A DNA stretch of 64,000 nucleotides from Marsupella aquatica (taxonomy: Eukaryota > Plantae > Marchantiophyta): positions 23,768,015 through 23,832,014 of the forward strand of contig OZ316893.1 of assembly GCA_973895155.1 (NCBI GenBank). The letters run 5' to 3'. Made by a program: the position numbers and the translations under genes. Shown piece by piece: positions 26,523 through 39,200 of the stretch; position 1 is the first letter of the stretch, and every line of letters begins with the position of its first letter. The notes under the pieces were generated by a model. That model saw only the letters and a program-made list of their open reading frames with translations, made no database searches and was not told the DNA's origin.

Positions 26523-26792
26523 ATGGGGATAGGGCTTACTGTTATCGCAGTTTTCACCGTGGTGGCTCGAATTGGATTTAGATGTATTTGCTGTGGGATT
26601 TGGAGTGTAAAGGAGATTCCTCGGTTGATGCATCTGTACGGGATTTATACTCTATATTCCGGCCCTCCAACATGTCTCATAGCAGTATTCTCTGCGTTGT
26701 GTTTCAGATGTCAGCCGTTTGAGGATTCGGGAACTGGAAGCTCTCGCGAGGGATCTGTCCGTGACTTGGGATGGTTGATAGCCGGAACTTAA
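26523..26792 (+). CDS. Upstream ORF (89 aa from ATG 26523, 54 aa from ATG 26628); candidate conserved-peptide uORF
   Basis: Open frame MGIGLTV...MHLYGIYTLYSGPPTCLIAVFSALCFRCQPFEDSG...WLIAGT* ending 40 nt before the main ATG, in the same predicted exon (acceptor ttgctttAG at 26432). Confidence 0.55.
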   Translation: MGIGLTVIAVFTVVARIGFRCICCGIWSVKEIPRLMHLYGIYTLYSGPPTCLIAVFSALCFRCQPFEDSGTGSSREGSVRDLGWLIAGT

Positions 26793-26832
26793 GCCTGGCA
26801 TCAGTTGCAAAGCACTGGAGCAGCAGCGCGAT

Positions 26833-27471
26833 ATGGCCAACTCTTTGGCTCTGACAGATCAAGCTCCTCAGCAAAGACACCACAAGCATCCTTTGCACAA
26901 CCGCTCCAAAGAACACGCCGTCAATTCCCACTCTTCCCCTCCGCTTTGCGACCAATCAACTGCTGCCGCTGTAGACATCATAATCCTTCTTCTTGTGCTG
27001 GGTGCCTGCGGTTTCCTTTTCACTCCCTATTTTAAATATGTAGCACACGAAGCAGCAGAAATTCTCCCAGTGACGTTTCTGATCATTGGCGAGGTTGTCT
27101 ACCAAGCACCTATTGCTTATGCGTCTGGAGCCGTTTTCATGTTCGTATCTGTGATCGGGGCCTGGGAAATTTACCAATACAAATCCAGGAGGTGTGACAG
27201 CCCTCATTGCAGGGGCCTCCGTAAGGCCATGGAGCTGGACATACAGCTTCAGACTGAGCAATGCTTGAAATCCGGACCACCGGTGGCTGAAGAACTTCCG
27301 TGGAGAGATGGGGGAGATATTGGACAAGATCAGAAGGAGCTTGAAGCCGAGTTGAGGCGAATGGCACCTCCAAATGGTAGGGCTGTACTTATATTCCGAG
27401 CACCTTGCGGATGCCCCACGGTTCGGTTTGAGGCTTGGGGATCGAAGAAAGGTCGAAGATCTAAGAAATGA
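26833..27471 (+). CDS. At5g19025-like uncharacterised plant membrane protein (family often annotated as ribosomal protein L34e superfamily), 212 aa
   Basis: CDQSTAAAVDIIILLLVLGACGFL, two hydrophobic segments, RRCDSPHCRGLRKAMELDIQLQTEQC, ELEAELRRMAPPNGRAVLIFRAPCGC, basic C-terminus. CT-rich leader from ~25440 with a probable intron 25881-26432. Confidence 0.9.
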   Translation: MANSLALTDQAPQQRHHKHPLHNRSKEHAVNSHSSPPLCDQSTAAAVDIIILLLVLGACGFLFTPYFKYVAHEAAEILPVTFLIIGEVVYQAPIAYASGAVFMFVSVIGAWEIYQYKSRRCDSPHCRGLRKAMELDIQLQTEQCLKSGPPVAEELPWRDGGDIGQDQKELEAELRRMAPPNGRAVLIFRAPCGCPTVRFEAWGSKKGRRSKK

Positions 27472-29635
27472 CCACCGTAATCGGGAACAGGGATGGATTA
27501 TGTTCCCGGCGAGGAACATCGATTGCCGAGATGGGTGGTTTCCATGTCGAATGGACTGGTTCCCGGGGTCAGCCCAGTGAAGGATTGGGTTCGCCTTACA
27601 CTGTATTCCATTTCATTTTAAGAAGTGGTTCAGTTAGCTTGAATTACCAATAGAACATTTCATCGTTTCCTGGAGTTAGCTGCCTCCGTGGTCGTCGATG
27701 GGTATTGAGATCCAATATGATCTCCCGTCGATAATTGCCGACCTGACAGAAGTCATAGCGAGAATCGGCGTTCATACCCAGAAGTCTGTGAAAGCATACG
27801 TCTGGTGAGCACAATTCAGTGGCATATCTGCCTTGCGGAGTTAGAAAGTTTTGGAGCTGGCAATTTCCTCAGGGCCTGGAGTGCGTCTGCTGCATGCATT
27901 TCGTGTAGCGGTGGAGTACGCATTTGGTAACGCAGGAGAGAAAAGACCAACTGCCAAATCGATTTAAGCCATGGTGGATTCAACTGCTGCATCTGGAGAA
28001 GATGTAAATCCGCACTTCGATTAATGTCAGTATAACTGAGACTACTCTGGTGAAACTTTGCTTCATGCAAAGGTGTTCCTAGAAAATGTCATCTTGCATC
28101 GCACAGGTTCGTTAATGCTTAGGAAATCCCATCCATGAGTGGGCATATTTGAAATTTCCAGATTACTCTAACTTGACGGCAGCATTGTGCGCTACCTGCG
28201 CTAAACCATAATGATTAGAATAGACTTACTTATCAATACTGATACATGACATTTGTACAGGACAATAATTTCAAAGTTAAAAAGTGAAACTTCGTATTCA
28301 CCTCGCTTCGACTTTATTTGATGTGTTTCTTAATGTGTAAAGCTGCCTTTTATACTGACCAGAGCTTAGAGAGGATTAGATCTCTGGAGATATGTTGTGT
28401 GTGGGAAGATTGGGGAGCAAGATGGTTTGGATTCAAAGAGCAGTTTTGATCTTTCGAAGAAATGAAGAAGATTTCCCGAGGATGCTACTTCGATTTTTAC
28501 CAATTAGCGTTTTGTAGATAGGTCCCCTTCAGAAAGAATGATTAGGTAAGGTGAAAGAGGACGAGAGATGGATAGTCAGTGATGGGAGTCATCCTCAGTC
28601 AGCAATCGAGGTAAAACTTGGGTTCTTCAATTCCGGCTTTTGGGTCGATTTGCAGAAAAGTTTCTAAATTTAATCCTTCGTAGTTCCAATGATTTCAAAG
28701 CATAACACGCCGGATGTGTCAATGCTACAAGATTATTGGAGAAAGAATGAAATTATTCCCTTTTGTTGGAGACTGCCATTTATCATTTGCTAGGCTCTTA
28801 AATGCGAGTGATCGGAGGGTGGCTGCTAGCCCTCATGGAAAGGATCGGCTGTTTTGTTCGTTCAAACCAAATGTTAGAACTTCATAATAATTGTAGAATT
28901 GCCACCTTCTATCGCGAACCCGACCTGGGACTTTGTGGTGATTTCTACACGGGTTTTGTACAGGACGAATGCCAAAGATAGTTGTTACCTTGATATCTTC
29001 CATGTGAATGTTTTGAGTGGGGCAGTTTTCGTTTTGAGCTCTTTTAGAGTAGATGAGTCGACATGCATAATGCAGGAGAATTGGGCGGAAATGGATTCTT
29101 TACGCGGGGATCAAGGTCAAGATCTTACTTTGAAATCGTTGTTAGCTTGTACAGGTCACATCTTAATAAATGGAAACAAGACATGGAATGTACCTCTCTC
29201 CTTGTCAAGGTCCTACCAGAGAGTCCTGGTCAACCCCTCAAACGTGATCTTTGCCATCGATCCAGATCGAGATCCAGATCGAGATGGCAATTAGATTAGT
29301 CCAGATCGAGCACAATTACTAGTTAACCTCCGCCTCCTTCGCCAGACCTTCGCATCTCAAATAGAGCAGTCCACATTGTGCACAATTACCTACGAACCTC
29401 CGCGTCCTCCGCCAGACCTTCGAAACGTGCATGTTTTGTGTGGGACCAATTGTGGGTGCGACGTGTTGTACTCCACGAATGCACAGGAAACCAGTTCCTT
29501 GGGGAGTTGGGGCACTGCCGGTGGATGACACCTTTCCCCGTCTATTTTGTTAATACGTTATACCTGTCGCATGGCAGTTTACCTCACGGAGGTCAAACAG
29601 CCATGCGACACTGGCACCTTACTCTTTGTCATTGA

Positions 29636-29802
29636 CTCCTTTCAACCTCTTCCGAATCCTAACCAAGCCTTCCGAAGACGGAGTCTTGAGACCCATCATC
29701 CTTTCAACCTCTTCTGAATCCTAACTACGCCTTCCGAAGACGGATTCTTGAGACCAATCATCCTTTCAACCTCTTCCGAATACGGAATCTTGATACCCAT
29801 CA
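29636..29802. repeat. ~62-bp tandem repeat, 3 copies (third internally shortened)
   Basis: TCCTTTCAACCTCTTCCGAATCCTAAC...TTCCGAAGACGGAxTCTTGAGACCxATCA repeated. Confidence 0.85.
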
Positions 29803-31099
29803 GATTTTTACCCCGGTAGTTGGTTCAGACACTTCGGCATCTAATGCGCGTGGAAATCCATGTGAATGATTTGTTGATCATGGATTCCTCATAGGGATAA
29901 TTACTCGTTAGATTCGAGCGGCTCGAGAAATTCGACCACCTAACACAGTGATGGCTGCGTGATGACCAATTTCGAAATCCCTCCACATTATTCATTCCAC
30001 ATTCCCTTCCCTTTATTCCCCACTGTTAACACAGACCAGTCCGCACGTATGTAGTGCGTTTGCCAGGTGAACAGGTGAGTGCAGGGTTGAGCACTTGAGC
30101 ACACAAAATATGGCTTGATCCTTTGATAAGTCATCAAACGAAATTTGCTCGTCTGTTAAAGCCTGTATTGAGAATAGCCCAGCCTGTGATGTGTATCACC
30201 GTGCCAAAAAACATAAAGGCCAAAACGCGTCCCAAAAAACATAAATGCCAAAACGCGTCCCAAAGGCAAAACAACCCAATAAAAAGGCCCAACAAGTCAA
30301 GGAGCCCCCAATAACACAAAAAGAATTAGAAAACAAAGAGCCCACTAAGTGGTCTAGACGACTAACTGTGAGCAGAGGAATTGTGAAGCCTAGTAGAGCA
30401 CTCGAGCAAACAGCCCAGCCTATATTTTGTTTATTGTATGGAACATTCAATTTAACACAAGGAGAATAGCCAAGCTCCATACCTTAGAAGAATGGCTCTC
30501 CCAACAAGTATGCAACTGAGAAGGTTCATTAAAGCAAATATGGTAAAGTAACAAAGGAGGTTCATTAATTAAATTTGCTATGGAACAAGGAACAAAGATT
30601 ACAGGTGTGTAGCCAATTTTGGAGGTCCCTGTTATATCTATATTCTACTGCCTATCAAAATCATGTTTGTTAACTTTATTCAGTACTTAAATTTATGTAC
30701 TAGAGTATCAGTCTAGATTAGAGTTCTAGTCTGAAACCCTGTTCCCATAATACTCATAAACTTTCTGTCATAGGATTATAGCCTAGGAACCCTGTGCCCA
30801 GACACTTATCCTGTACACACTTCACTTCATTAGAGCTTTCAGGAAATGCCTCACACAGGGGTGAGGATCTAGGGTCTGCCTCTATTCTGAGTAAACTCAC
30901 ACTGCGAGCTGCAACTGCATGTGTCCTCTGTTTTACTTGGAGCAAGGCCAAACAACTGAAATAATGGTGTTTCAGATACTCACACCCAAATGAACAGAGC
31001 AACAGTTCACCTTTAGTTTTACATGTTAATCTGGGTATATTTACAGTATTTCATGTGCTAGCCTAAGTGACAATATGTTGGGCATCTCACCCTGCTCAT

Positions 31100-33500
31100 T
31101 TACAGAAAACTCTAATAACATAAAGGAAAATAGCTAGCTTATGTACATATACAAAAGTGGTTCTCTCAACAAATATGTGGTTGGATGAATACTCTCCACT
31201 TAGAGTATTTGTCCCTGTTTTCCAACCAAGATGAAAAGGCACAACAAGAAGCTTATGTACCCATGAGGGCGTCTCAAAGCTTGGCAATATCAGGATAATA
31301 TTTTACCCTCGATTGTACTATAACTCTTGAGTTATGGGAACTCCTATATAAGTTGTGGGAGCCGGTCTTTGGCCACTGGATGGGAAGTCTGCAGACTCCA
31401 CACTTAACCAATAACCTAACTTTCCAGTGACTTTAGGGACAAATCCAGAAATCTATAAATTGCAATTGAAGGCACATGGTCTGTGGGCCTAACGTGGAGG
31501 TGGTTGTTGCATTCAGGCTTGCAGCTGACTGAGGATGAAAGAAAAGGGTTCTATGTCATCCAACTGAGGTGAGGCCATAATCCAAGCCTTGTGGGTCAGG
31601 TCAGTGCTACCTCCCCCCAACTCTCCAAATCCTTGACTGGGTCCCACAACCAGAGTTACAAGATAGACCATATTAAATCCGTAACTTTCAACAGCGGCCC
31701 AACTTTGAGACGCCCAAACAGGAAACTGGCTGGCTCTCTCAACAAATATGTGACGGGATGACTATCCCTTAGCTACACTATTTTACATCATAATTGGTTG
31801 CATCTTATTAAGATCCTATGCTTTTCCATATTGGAATGTTGAGAGCCTTTCGGATACCTCAGAAATTTCCTTGGCATGTGTAAAGAAAGCAAGAAGTAGC
31901 ACAATAAAGCTTCTTACAATAAAAAAACACCCCAAGAAAGCCACTGATAAAGGAAGGCAGAGGGGGCCTTATATAATTCTTAGATTTATAACAATACTCA
32001 GCCCCAATTGGCCCTCCTTAGGGTGGCTCCTAATTTTTATTTTTTTGCATGTGTATGGAGAACTTCTTCTGATAAACTCACTCAAGGAAAATGATACTAG
32101 CTAGTGTACCCATCTCTGTCCTTTCTTGTGCCCCTAGCCACTACAAGGAAATTGAAGGCATCCTCCACAACCTCCACTCGAGTCTGAGGTTCTATCTACA
32201 GATCTAAACACTGTCATATGTGTTAAGGATTGCTCTTAGTGTTGTGACTCAAAGGTTACGGCAATTAGGTTGACCTGAGTTAGGGACTTAGCTGAGGTTA
32301 GGTTACTCGTGTGTGACTTTGCATATACTAGGGCTAGTGTAAGCCGCTGGTATGTGGTGCTTGCTCATTGTAACGAAGCAACTTGATGAAGAGAGAGAGC
32401 TTGTGTGTTCGACTACTCTGAAGTAAAATTGGAGTGTTTGTGTGGACGTAGCCTTAGAGAAGAGGTGAACCATGTATGAATTGTGTCGACTACATGAACA
32501 TGGTATGAGTCATGATTGTATCGTCATGAAGGAAGACATCATAGTTCAACACTATGCAACCTTGCTCTTTCTATTTCATGGTCTGTTGATGAAATATCAT
32601 TCTGGAGGGGAATTAAGTCTTCCTGGGGGGGGGCTAGATTATGGTGTTATTTTGCCTAACTACCAGATGGACATAAAGGTCCATGCCCAACCTGTCAATC
32701 TCCCCACAACTTGCATAATTACTCTTTGAAATCTAGTTGCCAGGCCAACTTGCTGGCTCGTAATTGCAATATCTGACTGCCTCCATCCATCATGTATTAT
32801 TGACAAAGTGTGCAACACAGGGGCACTGGGTGGGCTAGTGGTTCTCTAACTGTCTCATACCACTAGATTTTGCCTATATCTGGTTATAAATAGGAATTTT
32901 CTAGGTTAAAATGCTTGACCACTGTTGCATCTTATTTTATCTCAGAAAACAAACAAACTACACTTGCAGCACTATAGCTTCCCGTCTAACCTCCCTCCAA
33001 ACCTCCCTCCCAACCCACTTTTCTGCTGCTTGAGCATGGCATACAAATTGGCTAGCAGAACTTCAGGCAGTGAATGAATTATTTTTGTGGAAGATTAAAT
33101 ACTTTATTGAGAACTGTAAATAATATTCTAGTTCGAGACAATTGTGAGAAGCTCCATGTCAAAGTTAACATAGAATATAGCAGATAAAAGTACACCTATG
33201 AACTTGGCAGCAAAGGCTGATGATTACGTGGACTATATTATGTCACTACACGGACAGTACCAGGGTGAGTTGGTCACGGTGGGCATTAGTCTCCTAATGG
33301 TGGTGACCTCCTAGTGCCCCAGCAGCACCCGGTCTTTGACTCTGAAACGTGTTGGACTTTGTGATTGGTGGGACTTCATTAGAAAATTGAAAAATATCAT
33401 ATTCTTCAGAGCAACTGTCAAAGATGACCTGACGAGGTGACAAATTCAACGGTGCTAGCTTAAAGTTTGCATTGCGTATGAATTCGTTAACAATACAACA
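31100..33500 (-). mobile_element. Eroded LINE-like remnant interrupted by a solo LTR
   Basis: Minus-strand fragments HPKEGQLG (~32000-32025, like the LINE PKxxGGLG motif) and an NFL(W)-like segment (~32140-32160); no intact ORF; boundaries approximate. Confidence 0.3.
32221..32551 (+). mobile_element. Solo LTR of the same copia family
   Basis: TGTTAAGGATTGCTCTTAGT...AGTTCAACA aligns end to end with 20754-21086; flanks ATATG / CTATG (4 of 5 TSD match); no internal sequence adjacent. Confidence 0.92.
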
Positions 33501-33987
33501 GCACAGTTGAAATACCAATGAAATTAAAAATTCTGGTGGTACCAGAGCCTTTGCTTAATGTTTTAAATACAAAAACTAATAATTTAATATCTTACATGAT
33601 AACCTGTTTGCAATAAACACTTCGGGTAACAACACTTCCATAACAACTCCAGTTCATACATATCTCAAGACCCAGAGTTGATGAACAAACAAACAAACAC
33701 CGAAGTGTAGAGAACAAATACTGAAGTGTGACTGAACAAATACTGTAGTAGGAAGAAGTCTGATGGTGAGAGTTGAAAAGCCCCAAGCCCCACAAGAGGG
33801 TAGGGTAGCTTGGGTGGGTGGCTTGGGGCTGGAAAGGGCGAAAGCATGGATGGCTTTGTTCAATCTATGGGGCCAACCTCTTGGTCATAGACACAATAAT
33901 CACCCATCATGGGTCAATAGGTGATACTAAGGTCACATTTAGGGTCGGGCTCAATTTGCAAAAGCTACTACAGCTGTATTTATGATG

Positions 33988-34548
33988 AATAGCTCAATAC
34001 CTGTGCGTTGCACAAAAGTTGTTGTGAAGAAAAAAGATATTATATTTTCAATATATTATATTTATATTCAAATATATTTATATATGAATAAATTGAATTA
34101 GTTTTTAATTAAGTATTTCATTTAGACAGGTATGGAAAGGCTAAAAAGGGTAGCTTGGGCAGGAACTTATTTAGAAAGGGTGTATGGATAGATCTGATGG
34201 TGTGAAGAAATTAATATTTTAATGAACAGTCAAGATTGATTCACACTTTTTTTTAGTTTGTAAAGGGACTCGATCAGTATTATAATGGTGCATGGTAAAG
34301 GGAAGGCTCCTTGATACTCGTGCATTGGTAGAGTCTCTCTCCATTCTTTGTATTATTAGATTCCTTTTTGTTTGGAAACAGTGCACTCCAATTTCATTCA
34401 CACTATATTCATTGTTCTTTTTGTTTTATTCCTTCTTGTTTTATTTATTTTTGTTGGTTACATTCTTTCCTGTTTTTTGGGGGGCCCACTGTAAATTTGA
34501 AGAGACGACCACACTATAAAAAGGCGCAACTGTTTATTATAGTACTAG
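33988..34548 (-). mobile_element. Probable non-autonomous Helitron
   Basis: Minus strand ends GTGCAACGCAC (hairpin) AGGTATTGAGCTAT, resembling the hairpin + CTRR 3' end; the other end reads CTAGTACTATAATAAA, like Helitron 5' ends; AT-rich interior. Confidence 0.4.
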
Positions 34549-34669
34549 TTAACTAGTTAATGTGGCCCCATGTTAACTGAGAATCATTTGATCTGGGCAG
34601 TGCCCCGAATACTATCCATGACCCAGATTGGGACTATTCTTCCTGGATGGCATACTTTTATCATAATTA

Positions 34670-35190
34670 TACAAATATGCTTGACCTTACCTAGTACTTA
34701 GTAACAAGCCACTCTTTGAATGTTAATAGAAACTATGACAAAATCATGATGCTTGATCATCGTTTTGATGAACATCCCATGATTTTTTCATCCAGTTACA
34801 TAGATTTTTGTGAGACCCTAGTCACGGTCTAGAGGCTTCACTCTAGAAGCCTAGACCCCAACAAATATGCTCGACCTTATCGAGTACTTAGTAACGAGCC
34901 TTGATGGCCACTCTTTAAATGTTAATAGAAACTATGATCATCGTTTTGATGATCATATCCCACATTTTTTTCATCCAGTCAGATGAATTCTGATGAGACC
35001 CTAGTCACGGTCTAGAGATTTCACTCTAGACGCTTAGACCCCAACTTTAGTTTTTCAACATGAACATATATGATTTACACTAGCTCCCGTGACTGGAGGA
35101 CCGTGTGCTTAGACCCCAACTTTAGTTTCTCAGCATGAACATATATGATTTACACTACAGTAGCTCCCGCAACTGGAGGACCATGTGCTG
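34670..35190. repeat. Two adjacent tandem duplications (~190 bp x2 and ~77 bp x2)
   Basis: ACAAATATGCTxGACCTTA...GAGACCCTAGTCACGGTCTAGAG starts at 34671 and 34861; GCTTAGACCCCAACTTTAGTTT...CTGGAGGACC starts at ~35032 and ~35107. Confidence 0.85.
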
Positions 35191-36267
35191 TAGGCGATAT
35201 TGTGTCACAATTTTGTATTAGTTTACCTCTGACTCCATTTAAGTCAAACTGAGCTTTAGTGCAACTCACTATGGCAAATGGTTAGCAATGCAAATTTGAC
35301 CTAGTCGATTGATTGGCTACGACAGAGTATGCAGTGTCACTATATAGAGTGTATGTAAAAACTCATTAGGTTTACACCGCCTACTCTTAATTCTTGCTCC
35401 TGTTAGTGCAAAATACTATGCTCTAGACGAGACGGTGTGACAAATTTTGAATAATTTTGAATAATTTTGAATAATTTTAAAGCAGGCCTTCCGATTGCCA
35501 TTCAAGTCGACCTGAACCGTCGATTCTGGAATGCAGTACTGCGCAAAATCGACTGCATTGATGGCTTACGATGATAGTGTAAAGCACTGTCACTCTGCCA
35601 GAGACTATGGGTGTACACACACGGTTTGCACTTACTCCTTGCTTCACTGCAGGACACTGAGAGACGCTGTGCCTATTTCGAATAATTTGAAATTCTTTAA
35701 ACTTAGACCGTCCGATCTCTATTCAATTCGACATGAGCCGTCGATGCTGGAGCGCGACGCGCTGTGGCAACTCAGCGAAATCGACCGCATTGACGCCTTA
35801 CGAGAGAGTAATACAGTAATGGCGCGAGTTCGATGGTCACCGGTTAGGCAGGGACCTGTCTGGTGGTCCCTAAGCGCCCGACGACCTTCCACTGTCTCAG
35901 TGAGGACAGTTCCTACGAAGCAATGCTAAAGCTCGAGAGCGGCAAGCGTTTGCTCTTTTGCTCATTTGATCTTTCGTGATCCTATAGCTCTGTAGCCTGA
36001 AGGTCTGACGAGTGAGGATTTTTTAGGACGCTCAGTGCCTTCGAGCAGTGCTACTGCGAATCTCGAGAGTGGAAAATCTTTTGATCTTACGCTTTCGGAT
36101 TAGCTGTATCGCCATTTTGTTCGGTTTCTAGATACGGGCATCGATGCATGCCGATGGAAACATTGGTGAGGTGATTCGGCGGTGTGGTTAAATGGTAGAG
36201 CTGGTGGTCGATGCGGAAGGATAGGGAGGATTGCTGTTTGTTATCGGCGACGGGGAGGTGACAAGGT

Positions 36268-39200
36268 ATGGCTCAGGGAGCGGGAGTGATGGAGGGGGCG
36301 CAGAATTCGAGAGCGTTACTACTGGAGGCAGTTCAGGCTCTGTATCATCATCCGGATCCTGAGATTCGGAAATCTGCCAACAATTGGCTGGAGGAGTTCC
36401 AGTACACTATGGATGCGTGGCAGGTGACTTTCACGCTGCTGTTCCCTCTAGCGGTATCGGACTGGCTTGCTCCTGCTTCTTTGAGCCCTGTCCATCGCCT
36501 CTACACAATGCAAGCAGAATCCCCTCTAGTGTTTCGTAGAGAACCCCCTTGCTTTTCATGTTCATTAAGTATGTATGAACCAGGCTTAAGTGATTTGACC
36601 AGTCTCACCGTTCTACATTGAGCAGGCTTCTTGTTACTTCCTTCTTTGCAGTGGCAAATCTCGTGGTCTGGATGATAGTTCCTCTACTTATGAGCAGCGT
36701 CGTTTTAACCCTAGAGCTAGCGCACAGGCGGAGATTGCTCACCGGATGTTCTAAATATTCCGACTCTATGGTGCATAATCACTTCTTGTGTCAAAATGAA
36801 AACGAGTTTTGTATAGCTGGTGGACCGCACGCATCATATCGTTTACCTAAGTGATATTCAGCTTCAAAATCCCTTTGCAGTTTGTGGCGTAGATTTCGAA
36901 TTTTCCTATTGGATTCAGCATCCTTTTTTAGATCCATACTCCAAGGGAAGGTTTATAGCTCATGCACACAATTTAAATGTTGTGTCGAAAGGGGAAAATT
37001 AGAGCAAAGAAGAAACTCCTGGTGATGGATTTTAATCCTCAATTATGCATGACTTTCAATGGCTGCCGTTTATTTAGGTTACTATCAAGGGTTTGACGCA
37101 GAGAATTGACGGTACATTTTCACACGGTCACTTTACATGTAATGACTTTACATTTGCTGTGGTTGAATTTGGATGCAGGTCTCAGACAGTGTTCTACATG
37201 ATCCAAGCAGTACTATAGAAGCCCTTTACTTTTGTGCTCAGACTCTCCGTACAAAGGTTTCAATCCAGGACTCAATGGATACAGCTGTCTTGGAAGGTTG
37301 ATTTCAGGTTTTATTGAATTCCCAAGATTTATTCGTAGTAAGTAGTTTGCATACTTTTAATTGGATGAGCCTGATCTGCTGATTGGCCACTGCTGGGTAC
37401 CGCAGGTACAGCGTGATTTTGAAGACCTCCCACCGAATGCATCACTGTCCTTGCGAAGTTCGCTGATGGTAAGATTTCTTGATTTTCTTGGATTGCAATT
37501 GCTTTAGCTTATGATATCCACGGGAACCAGATTAAGTCTTGCATCAGTAGTTGGTGGAAAGCGCTTCTCAGTTGTAAAGGATCTTTTTATGTTCTTGATT
37601 GCAGACTTTACTTGTTAAGTTCCGCGAGGGGCCTACTGCAGTCAGGACTCAGGTATGCTCCACTCAATTAAGTCTTTGGATAGACTATTTAGTCGTTTTC
37701 CATCTCCTAGGAGAATATTTTACCAAACTGTTTATATATGGTCACTATCCCGTTAAAGTACAACTTCTCCTTAGTGGCGCTCTTATTTTGGATGAGTGAA
37801 CTCCTTTTTGATGTGCGTTTGAAGTCTATCTGGTTAATGTCCGCAAAGAGAAGTTGATGCCGATATGTGATACTTGCAGCTGTGCCTGGGAATGGTTGCA
37901 TTGGCAGTTCACATGCCGTCAGATCAATGGGGCCCGGGAGGAGTTGTTCAGTGGCTTGGTAATCAGTTTGGTGCTCAAGCCAATGCTATTCCTTGCTTCC
38001 TAGAGTTGGTGACTGTTTTGCCTCAGGTTAGTAAATTCAATTTTGGATCTTTCTGTGACGCTTCAAGAATGCATCTTACCACAATTGCAGATTCATTTCC
38101 TCGTTGTGTACGGTAGATTATATGCCAAGCTCAGACGTAAATTAAGAATGGCGTTTGTGTAACATTCACATCCATCGTTCCCAACTTCTCATGTATTCTT
38201 ATCATTTGTGTGACATAAAATTGCTATCTAGTAACGCTTTCAGTAGAAATCATGAAGGTTGGTGTTGATACCTGTACGCAAATGCTTCTACGGTTAGAAG
38301 CTATTTTAAGAAAATTTCTTAAGGTTATGTAGTCGTAACTTTAGGGCATTGTTGATGAATACATTTGCAGGAGGCAACAAGCTATAAGATTAGTGTTAGA
38401 CCAGAAAAAAGTCGCCAGTTTCAGCGCGAGTTGGAATCATCTGTGAATAATGCATTCAACTTGTTAACTTCGTGTTTGAATGGCGGATCCTTGCAGTTAC
38501 GTGAGCAGGTTTGAATACGATTCACTTCAAAGCAAAATTCTGTTTTCAGATAGCGTGGTTTCCGGACACTGCTTAATTACTTTTTGTGGTCGTACTTTTT
38601 TGGTCAAAGGAAATGCGTTAGAGCATATTTAACATGCCGGCCGTTTCCCTCTTACTGCCACAAATTATGAATAGGTGCTGCGAGCTTTTGCATCTTGGCT
38701 GCGAGTTAGTGAAGGGTAAGTCAGTGCGGCTTTTATAGCTGAATTCAGCTTATATCTGTTCGTCTCAAATTTATTGGGGAGTTTGAATTCAGGGTTCAAG
38801 TCATATGATTCTAACGAGTAACGAGTCTGAAGCATCGCGCTCTAGTGTGAAATTATTTAATTAGTTCTTTCATGGTTGAGCATAACTATTGTCAGTTGTT
38901 CTTGGTAGATTTTTGTTGAATGTGTATTCATTTGTTGCATATTTCCAGAATTCCAGCAGCAACCCTTGCTACGCATCCGCTCGTGACAGCGTCCTTACAA
39001 GGCCTAGATTCAGAGGAGACCTTCGATGCAGCTGTGGATGGTAATGCTGCTCTTGTGAGTCAACCCATACCAACCAGAGAATGCTTTAGTTTATACATCT
39101 CAAGCAATTTTTAGCTGTAGCATTTTTTCTCTTATAGCTTCTACAGACTAAGGTTGTTTGATTCCTCTGGTCAATTTGGTTCTTTAATTGTGTCTACTAT

